A stretch of 6,107 nucleotides of DNA from an uncultured archaeon (lineage in GTDB: Archaea > Iainarchaeota > Iainarchaeia > Iainarchaeales > 0-14-0-20-30-16), in NCBI GenBank assembly GCA_964565125.1, contig CAZMCX010000047.1, positions 1-6,107 on the forward strand. The letters are read 5' to 3'. Below the pieces are notes generated by a model. That model had not been told where the DNA came from, ran no database searches, and saw only the letters and a list, made by a program, of their open reading frames with translations. The translations under genes were made by a program, and so were the position numbers. Below are positions 1 to 5,082 of the stretch, piece by piece (positions within the stretch are counted from its first letter, which is position 1; the number at the start of each line of letters is the position of its first letter).

Positions 1-22
1 ATGTTATAAAGGGAAAATGTTT

Positions 23-31
23 AAAAACAAA
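23..31 (-). terminator. Oligo-T tract (TTTGTTTTT on the minus strand) just after the stop of the 34..1020 gene
   Basis: The minus strand after the TAG stop (36..34) reads GG-TTTGTTTTT-AAACATTTTCCC. Archaeal transcription commonly terminates at oligo-T runs. No convincing hairpin is present. Confidence 0.35.
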
Positions 32-33
32 CC

Positions 34-1020
34 CTATTCCAGCATCCCATAATAAAGATTTTCTACTAACACCCCATAATACATGCCGGTATTAACAAAG
101 TCAGTTATCTTAACTGCACCGCCCCCAGAGAAATCAAAGAAATGCTCAGGAGGAACAGCATAATATGCTACTTTCCCACCAAGCCCAGATGAAACTATTA
201 GGGGTTGGATGTTCCCAAGATCTTCTCCACCATTAGTTATTAAATGAGATTGATAATCCAACATTAGCGCAACAGTAGTAGAAATCTTTTTCTTAGTTTT
301 TACCAAAGAAAAGGTTCCATATAATTCTGCAGTAGATAACATTTGTTTAGTTAGGCTGCTTGAACCTTCTGCAAGCATTTTTCCAATATATTCAGTATAT
401 GGATTTGCACAATTTTTTAAATCACAAAAATTCCCTAAAAACTCAACAGAAATAAGTTCAGAAAAATTTAGAACATCACCATCTATATTTGCCCTTATCC
501 AACCACTATAGTCTTTATCAGTAGTTGATTGTGGATTTACATCTTTTTCAGAAATCGGTTTCTCATTTGCTGGGGCAGAAGTTCCAGAATCTCCAATCCA
601 TACCAAACGCCCACCTTTATTTGCATAGTCGAAAAAGATTTTCATTTCATCATAAGTCATTGTTTTTGCCCTGTCCACTATAACCAGGTCATAACCACTT
701 ATTTTTGAATAATCCACCATATAATCCAGTGGCTTTATATCAACACGTTTTTTTATTGTCAGAACAGTTCGATCTTCAAATAAAGCTTTAAGTTTGAATG
801 GATCCCCAATACCATCTGTACCATACATAATCAGGATATCTGGCTGGCCCATTATCCCATAATAAACACTACACCACCCGGGGATGTCGCCACATTTTAC
901 AATGTTTACCCAAGTAAGAAGCATCAAAAGAACAAATATTAGTAATATAATTGGTATTATCTTCTTTACTATATTCCAAGCATTAACCACCATAAAAATC
1001 ACATTTTTTGCCTGAGTCAC
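34..1020 (-). CDS. Membrane-anchored protein of unknown function with a possible non-catalytic class-I glutamine-amidotransferase-like (ThuA/DUF1355-type) alpha/beta domain
   Basis: 328-codon ORF. The GTG start at 1020 overlaps the upstream stop by 4 nt (GTGA). An alternative ATG at 993 is preceded by GTGAT-N4, the same SD-like motif seen at other junctions here. The N-terminus has KK plus a ~21-residue hydrophobic helix (IIPIILLIFVLLMLLTWVNIV), consistent with a signal anchor. A beta-alpha-beta pattern follows: 'DILIMYG...YDLVIVDRAKTMTYDEMKIFFDYANKGGRLVWIGDSG'. There are two tight Cys pairs (CGDIPGWC, CDLKNC). Coding status is well supported; the fold and function call is weak. Confidence 0.75.
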   Translation of the reverse strand: MTQAKNVIFMVVNAWNIVKKIIPIILLIFVLLMLLTWVNIVKCGDIPGWCSVYYGIMGQPDILIMYGTDGIGDPFKLKALFEDRTVLTIKKRVDIKPLDYMVDYSKISGYDLVIVDRAKTMTYDEMKIFFDYANKGGRLVWIGDSGTSAPANEKPISEKDVNPQSTTDKDYSGWIRANIDGDVLNFSELISVEFLGNFCDLKNCANPYTEYIGKMLAEGSSSLTKQMLSTAELYGTFSLVKTKKKISTTVALMLDYQSHLITNGGEDLGNIQPLIVSSGLGGKVAYYAVPPEHFFDFSGGGAVKITDFVNTGMYYGVLVENLYYGMLE

Positions 1021-1733
1021 TTAAAGCTTACTTCCTGGCCATTCTGTTTAATTGTAAGTAAATCGCAAATTCCCTCAAAATAATAGCTTCCGTCTTTTAA
1101 TTCTAAGTTCCCCACATAATTTTTCATATTAATATAACCTTTATCAAGTGTTGTTGAGTATGAATTTATAGACAAAATTCCTGAAACGCCTGCTCTTTCT
1201 AAGGTAAACTTTACATTTTTTACAATCAAGTCATCAACCAAAATTTTTATCTTAAGTAGATCTTTGAACTCTACTTCAGCACCGTCACTAACTATTTTTT
1301 TTGCTGTTCCAACAAGTTCATATCCTTTACCTGTAGTCTTAATAAGCCCATCAAAATCATATATTGTCGGGCTATTTAGTTTTATTGTTGTGCCATCTGC
1401 CCTTGTAATCAAAGTTTCTCCTGAAAAAGAAATTTCTTTATCTGAAAAGTTTGATTCCACAAGCCCAAAAATAGATCCTACTACACTTACTTTCTTGGGT
1501 TCAGAATTAATGTCTGCGTTTATATCTGCCTGGGCAACTGCCTCTTTATTCTCATCTAAGCTCTTACTTACGTCTACTCCTGTGCCTGTGCTTCCGGGCC
1601 CAGTACTATCAAAAACAGAATCTATAGAAAAATCTGTTCCGCCTATTTTTTTACCAAAGAAAACAAATACTAAAAGAAGAACTAAAACAACAATAAGAAT
1701 TACTACTACCGCCAGATTTCCTTTCTTATTCAT
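1017..1733 (-). CDS. Membrane-anchored (or class-III-signal-like) beta-rich protein of unknown function
   Basis: The ORF is open from a TTG at 1745. I prefer the ATG at 1733 (MNKKGNLAVVV...) because it sits about 26 nt downstream of the centre of a minus-strand TATA box (1755..1763), which fits a leaderless mRNA. The protein has a KK + G start, a ~22-residue hydrophobic stretch, a G/S/T/P linker (STGPGSTGTG) and a C-terminal region with alternating beta-strand-like patterns. The stop overlaps the downstream start (GTGA). I recognise no catalytic motif. Confidence 0.75.
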   Translation of the reverse strand: MNKKGNLAVVVILIVVLVLLLVFVFFGKKIGGTDFSIDSVFDSTGPGSTGTGVDVSKSLDENKEAVAQADINADINSEPKKVSVVGSIFGLVESNFSDKEISFSGETLITRADGTTIKLNSPTIYDFDGLIKTTGKGYELVGTAKKIVSDGAEVEFKDLLKIKILVDDLIVKNVKFTLERAGVSGILSINSYSTTLDKGYINMKNYVGNLELKDGSYYFEGICDLLTIKQNGQEVSFK

Positions 1734-1754
1734 ATAATCACTCAAACGTTAACG

Positions 1755-1763
1755 TATATAAAA
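1755..1763 (-). promoter_or_regulatory. Archaeal TATA-box candidate (TTTTATATA on the minus strand) for the 1733-to-34 unit
   Basis: It matches the archaeal TATA consensus TTTAWATA. Its centre lies about 26 nt upstream of the ATG at 1733, the spacing expected for a leaderless transcript. Confidence 0.45.
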
Positions 1764-1774
1764 TGTTAAATAGG

Positions 1775-1782
1775 TTTATATT
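1775..1782 (+). promoter_or_regulatory. Archaeal TATA-box candidate (TTTATATT) for the Sec61-beta gene
   Basis: It predicts a TSS near 1804, giving a short leader that carries AAGGTG (1814..1819) 6 nt before the ATG at 1826. A second TATA-like ATATATA at 1798..1804 would instead predict a leaderless start at 1826. The two cannot be distinguished from sequence alone. Confidence 0.4.
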
Positions 1783-1825
1783 ATTTTACCTTTACAGATA
1801 TATAGGTATATGTAAGGTGTTAAAA

Positions 1826-1993
1826 ATGAAATTCATGAAAAGAAAAAATAATGACAACATGGGTCCAAGATCATCTTTAGGGCTATTAAGCTTCAACGAG
1901 CACTCAAAAAGTATAATAAAACTAACTCCAGAATTAATAATAACTATTTCTCTTGTTTTTGGATTGTTTATAATGATTGTAGTAATGTGGTGA
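1826..1993 (+). CDS. secG: Preprotein translocase subunit Sec61-beta homologue (archaeal SecG), 55 aa
   Basis: Translation: MKFMKRKNNDNMGPRSSLGLLSFNEHSKSIIKLTPELIITISLVFGLFIMIVVMW. It has the Sec61-beta architecture: a basic N-terminus, a conserved S-x-GL-hydrophobic segment, 'K(L/I)xP' just before a single C-terminal TM helix, and a length near 55 aa. By eye it aligns with Methanocaldococcus Sec61-beta (SAGLIRY...KIRVKPEHVIGVTVAFVII). The start at 1826 is chosen over the track's 1763 because of the AAGGTG SD 6 nt upstream and because 1763..1825 overlaps the promoter. Confidence 0.7.
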   Translation: MKFMKRKNNDNMGPRSSLGLLSFNEHSKSIIKLTPELIITISLVFGLFIMIVVMW

Positions 1994-1997
1994 TGGC

Positions 1998-2002
1998 TTT
2001 TT
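1998..2002 (+). terminator. T5 run 4 nt after the Sec61-beta stop
   Basis: The sequence is TGA-TGGC-TTTTT-AATT. It is an oligo-T archaeal termination signal candidate. Confidence 0.35.
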
Positions 2003-2054
2003 AATTCCCAAATAGGATAAGGACAGCATTAGTTAGGTAACAAAAACAAGATCT

Positions 2055-2084
2055 AAAAAAATAAAAAGAAGGGATTAAATCCCT
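2055..2084 (-). terminator. Hairpin plus T-tract terminator of the long minus-strand operon
   Basis: The minus strand after the beta-CASP stop (2097..2095) reads AAAGTGGAGT-AGGGAT-TTA-ATCCCT-TCTTTTTATTTTTT. That is a 6-bp GC-cored stem (2070..2075 pairing with 2079..2084) with a 3-nt loop, followed directly by a 15-nt T-rich tract (2069..2055). Confidence 0.55.
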
Positions 2085-2094
2085 ACTCCACTTT

Positions 2095-3375
2095 TCACTT
2101 TTTCTTATTATATTCTATTACATCTCCATTCTTCGGGGCAATTGCTTTCAAACCTAATTCATCTTCTATCTTTTTAACATATCCTTGCATCACAGCATCG
2201 TCCCCGTGAACACAGATAACCAATTTTGGATTCCAAGCAGAAATAACTTGGAATAAATTGCTTCTTCCAGCATGTGCTGAGAAATCAAATTTCTTTATCT
2301 CTCCTTCCCACTTGTACAAGTCACCATCAATCTCAATCTCCTCTTCTTTCAATAAGATATCGCCTTTAGTTTCTTGAACCTGGAAACCAGTGAGATATAT
2401 TGAGTTTTCTGCGTTCTTGCAAAGTCTTTTGAAGTAATATAAAACTGGGCCGCCTTCAACCATTCCTGCAGTTGTTACTATTATTGCTTGTTTTTTTACA
2501 AGTTCCTCTCTTTGCTTTTGTGTCTTAACTTTTATTGCCCTGTTCATCGCCATCCTTAGGTTATATGCCTCTTTAAAATAATTGGGATATTGCAAATAAA
2601 CTGCTGATACTTTTTGGCCCATACCATCTAAGTACAAAGGAACATCAAAATTCTCTTCTGCGATTATTCCTAGCATCTCTTGTGCCCTTCCTAAAGCAAA
2701 TGCTGGGATTAAAACACTTCCACCTTTATCTATTGTTTTTCTTATATCCTGTATAAAGTCTCTTTCTATCTTTGTCCTATCTTGGTGGTCTCTATCTCCA
2801 TAGGTGCTTTCAATTATTAGTACATCAATGTCTTTATCTATATCATAATCTGCACCATAATGCAACCTTGTTTCATCTACTTTAAAGTCACCAGTATACA
2901 AAACATTACCTTCTTTGGTCTCAAGCAATGGCATTCCACTTCCTAAAATATGGCCCGCATCATAAAAAGTCAAAGAAATATCTTTTGTTATTCTTGTTGG
3001 CTTACGATAATTTAATTTTTTTGTCTTACTATCTGCGATCAGACTCTGTTCTTTGTTATATTCAGGCCTTCTATCTTCGGTCCTTGCAATTTTCTGCGCA
3101 TCCTTCCATAAGACATCACAAATATCCAATGTAGGGGTTGTCATATACAAATCAGGATTGTTGCCCCCATATAATGCTGGAATTAATCCAGAATGATCCA
3201 TATGTGCGTGGCTCAATATAACTGCATCTAAATTAACATCTGGCTTTTGCGGATATTCTAGTCCATAAGGCTCTATTTTTATTCCATAGTCCAACAAGAC
3301 ATTGGACTGTTTTGTGCTTATCTGATAAGCTGCACGCCCTACTTCATGTCCGCCTCCTAATACTTTTATCTTCAT
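2095..3375 (-). CDS. Metallo-beta-lactamase / beta-CASP ribonuclease, KH-less aCPSF2-like
   Basis: 426 aa. All signature motifs are present: GGxxEVGR near the N-terminus (CPSF-like rather than RNase J-like), motif 1 LLDYG, motif 2 HAHMDHSG, motif 3 DAGHILGS, motif 4 YTGDF, beta-CASP motif A IIESTYG, motif B FSAHAG and motif C CVHGD. The ATG at 3375 is preceded by a strong GGAGGAG SD. Confidence 0.92.
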   Translation of the reverse strand: MKIKVLGGGHEVGRAAYQISTKQSNVLLDYGIKIEPYGLEYPQKPDVNLDAVILSHAHMDHSGLIPALYGGNNPDLYMTTPTLDICDVLWKDAQKIARTEDRRPEYNKEQSLIADSKTKKLNYRKPTRITKDISLTFYDAGHILGSGMPLLETKEGNVLYTGDFKVDETRLHYGADYDIDKDIDVLIIESTYGDRDHQDRTKIERDFIQDIRKTIDKGGSVLIPAFALGRAQEMLGIIAEENFDVPLYLDGMGQKVSAVYLQYPNYFKEAYNLRMAMNRAIKVKTQKQREELVKKQAIIVTTAGMVEGGPVLYYFKRLCKNAENSIYLTGFQVQETKGDILLKEEEIEIDGDLYKWEGEIKKFDFSAHAGRSNLFQVISAWNPKLVICVHGDDAVMQGYVKKIEDELGLKAIAPKNGDVIEYNKKK

Positions 3376-3493
3376 TTTTTACTCCTCCGTTCTTTTTTCT
3401 AGCCTTCAAAAAAGCCAATAATAATAAAGCAAATAACAGGCCCAACACAGCAATTATTAAAAACAGTCCAAAGCCTAATAACCAATAATTCAT
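3344..3493 (-). CDS. Small single-pass membrane protein (49 aa), absent from the supplied ORF track
   Basis: My own minus-strand translation from the ATG at 3493..3491 is MNYWLLGFGLFLIIAVLGLLFALLLLAFLKARKKNGGVKNEDKSIRRRT, with the stop at 3346..3344. It contains one clean TM helix followed by a positively charged flank (KARKK). It starts 4 nt after the TatD stop in the context GTGAT-AAA-ATG, almost identical to the tyrS/dedA junction GTGAT-TAA-ATG. It fills the only >20-nt non-coding gap in an otherwise gap-free operon. Confidence 0.55.
   Translation of the reverse strand: MNYWLLGFGLFLIIAVLGLLFALLLLAFLKARKKNGGVKNEDKSIRRRT
3382..3388 (-). promoter_or_regulatory. Shine-Dalgarno GGAGGAG for the beta-CASP gene
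   Basis: The minus strand reads AAC-GGAGGAG-TAAAAA-ATG, with 6-nt spacing to the ATG at 3375..3373. The SD lies inside the 3' part of the small ORF 3344..3493. Confidence 0.65.
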
Positions 3494-3497
3494 TTTA

Positions 3498-4232
3498 TCA
3501 CTTACCAATTATTTCTTTAAAATTCTGTTTTTGCATCTTTTCTATTTCTTTCAACTGTATATTAAAATCATTACAGAATTTATTAATTACCTCTTTTAGC
3601 TCAAAAGATGCATAGCTTTTTCCAGAAATTTCTACTGGATAATCAGTTTCAAATAAAATCAAGTTTTTGTCAACTTTTTCAATTATTTCTTTTTGCTCGT
3701 TATGAAATAAATATGTTGGTCCAATATTTATATAATAGCCATTATCTGCTGCTTTTTTTACATATTTCTCTGAATTGCAGAACCAATGCATTATCACTTT
3801 TTCCTGTTTATTTTTCTCCAACAATTCCATTACCTGCCTCTGTGCATACCTGGAATGAACATTAACATAAACATTGTATTCTTTTGCCAAACCAAGTAGG
3901 GAATTAAACATTTCAACCTGCATTTCTTTTTGTTTTTCATCTGCAAATTTGTAATCTAATCCTATTTCTCCAATAAAGAACCTACCTTTTTGTGTTTCCA
4001 AAATCTTTTCAAAATCTTTTAAATCTTTTTTTGTAGATTCCAAAGGATATAACCCAAATCCAGGAATAACTTCTTTATATTTTTTTGCCAGTTCTTTTGT
4101 TTGGAAATTAGATTTCAAAGAAGTAGAATTAACAAAAAAATAATCTATTCCATTCTTTTTAGACAATCCTAAATACTTTTTTATTTCATCTGCTTTCAAA
4201 TGATCCAAATGGAGGTGTGCATCAAAAAACAA
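3498..4232 (-). CDS. tatD: TatD-family metal-dependent hydrolase (DNase/RNase)
   Basis: 244 aa with the full TatD metal-ligand set: FDAHLHLD (HxH), GEIGLDY (Glu), VNVHSR (His), IMHWF (His) and FETDYP (Asp). The start is the TTG at 4232, the only start codon available in the open frame. It is preceded by GGGGAT-N5, one mismatch from the GGUGAU SD. Confidence 0.92.
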   Translation of the reverse strand: MFFDAHLHLDHLKADEIKKYLGLSKKNGIDYFFVNSTSLKSNFQTKELAKKYKEVIPGFGLYPLESTKKDLKDFEKILETQKGRFFIGEIGLDYKFADEKQKEMQVEMFNSLLGLAKEYNVYVNVHSRYAQRQVMELLEKNKQEKVIMHWFCNSEKYVKKAADNGYYINIGPTYLFHNEQKEIIEKVDKNLILFETDYPVEISGKSYASFELKEVINKFCNDFNIQLKEIEKMQKQNFKEIIGK

Positions 4233-4234
4233 TT

Positions 4235-4474
4235 CTAATCCCCTTCACACTCTTCTTCGCAATCGTCGTCATCATCTTCAGAATCATAATCCAAAGATCC
4301 TTTTCCATTACTATTAAAATCTAAACTAAAAGGCATTATTTTCACGACTTTTTCTGTTACCTTTGCAACATACAGGCTATTTCCGCAGCAAGGGCATTCA
4401 ATTATACTTTCTACTTTTGCAGAATCATTAAACTTTCCTTCACATACAGGACAATGCACATTAATCTTTTTCAT
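4235..4474 (-). CDS. Small Zn-ribbon protein with a poly-acidic C-terminal tail (LysW-like architecture)
   Basis: 79 aa. The pattern 'CPVC-x15-CPCCG' forms a 4-Cys zinc ribbon, and 'ESIIECPCCGNSLYV' parallels the LysW pattern 'E(I/L)VxCPxCGxxLEV'. In the last 18 residues, 13 are D/E (DYDSEDDDDDCEEECEGD). AAGGTG lies 7 nt upstream of the ATG at 4474. The start overlaps the dedA 3' end by 14 nt, and the stop is 2 nt from the tatD start. Confidence 0.7.
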   Translation of the reverse strand: MKKINVHCPVCEGKFNDSAKVESIIECPCCGNSLYVAKVTEKVVKIMPFSLDFNSNGKGSLDYDSEDDDDDCEEECEGD

Positions 4475-5078
4475 TTTTCAACACCTTTTTATTACGAGTT
4501 AAATACAAATATGCAACATAAGATATTATAAGTAATACCACAAAGCCTGTTATATAATACATATTTGGGGCGACTGCAGTATAGTCTTCTCCAAGTTTAT
4601 ATCCAAAAAATATCAAGATTGCTACCCAAATTCCTGCACCCAAGACAGTATACAAACTAAAGAACCAAATATTCATTCTTGTTAATCCTGCCGGCAATGA
4701 AATATATTGCCTAACTACCGGTAATAGCCTTCCAAAAAAAGTTGTTGCATTACCATATTTTTGGAAAAACTCATCTGCTTTTGCCATATTCTTTTTATTG
4801 AGAAAAAAATATTTTCCATATCTGTCAATAAAAGGCCTTCCAACAAAGTAGGCCAAATAATAGTTAAATAAAGCCCCAATTAAACTTCCTGCAACACCAC
4901 AAACCCATAGCCAATAAATATTCATTTTTCCTTGTGCCGCCAAAAATCCCGCAGGAATTATTATAATTTCTGATGGAAATGGAAAGAATGAACTTTCAAT
5001 AGCCATTAAGATTGCTATGCCCCAATAGCCTAGGAATCCAATGTTATTTACTAACCACAAAACAATACTTTCAAGCAT
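4461..5078 (-). CDS. dedA: DedA / VTT-domain family integral membrane protein
   Basis: 205 aa and multi-pass hydrophobic. DedA hallmarks are present: 'ESSFFPFPSEIIIIPAGFLAAQG', 'YFVGRPFIDRYGKY' and 'FFGRLLPVVRQYISLPAGLTRMN'. The ATG at 5078 is 4 nt after the tyrS stop. Confidence 0.9.
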   Translation of the reverse strand: MLESIVLWLVNNIGFLGYWGIAILMAIESSFFPFPSEIIIIPAGFLAAQGKMNIYWLWVCGVAGSLIGALFNYYLAYFVGRPFIDRYGKYFFLNKKNMAKADEFFQKYGNATTFFGRLLPVVRQYISLPAGLTRMNIWFFSLYTVLGAGIWVAILIFFGYKLGEDYTAVAPNMYYITGFVVLLIISYVAYLYLTRNKKVLKNEKD

Positions 5079-5082
5079 TTAA

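Noticed and set aside
580-600. 'GDSG' in RLVWIGDSGTS as a possible serine-protease or hydrolase active site
   Set aside because: I cannot identify a chymotrypsin-like His/Asp context. It does not fit GxSxG (the +2 residue is Thr). The segment matches the strand-loop after the 'GG-L' strand of non-catalytic GATase1-like domains. The resemblance is most likely coincidental.
45-866. Exact 12-mer TCCCATAATAAA at 45..56 and 855..866, with a related copy near 70..83
   Set aside because: All copies lie in-frame within the 34..1020 gene and encode a recurring YYG(M/I/V) peptide motif (VYYGIMG, MYYGV, LYYGMLE). This is a protein-level motif repeat, not a mobile-element terminal repeat or CRISPR-like repeat.
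1264-1737. 157-aa plus-strand ORF from the track
   Set aside because: It lies entirely antisense to the 1017..1733 gene. Its S/T/P/L-rich low-complexity composition is what the reverse complement of a K/E/D/G-rich AT-rich gene produces. It has no SD or promoter, and the minus-strand partner has coherent signal-anchor-plus-domain architecture.
1763-1825. N-terminal extension (MLNRFILFYLYRYIGICKVLK) of the Sec61-beta ORF
   Set aside because: It overlaps the TATA-rich divergent promoter and is not part of the Sec61-beta architecture. The internal ATG at 1826 has an AAGGTG SD at ideal spacing.
1988-2094. Possible C/D-box sRNA or other ncRNA in the convergent intergenic region (GTGATGG resembles a C box)
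   Set aside because: No CUGA D box or terminal stem occurs at an appropriate distance on either strand. The region is better explained by oligo-T and hairpin terminators. I see no tRNA-like cloverleaf, and the G+C content is too low.
2928-3134. 68-aa plus-strand ORF from the track
   Set aside because: It is a shadow ORF antisense to the motif-rich beta-CASP gene. It has no start context and an implausible composition.
3608-3865. 85-aa plus-strand ORF from the track
   Set aside because: It is a shadow ORF antisense to tatD, whose catalytic motifs leave its coding frame in no doubt.
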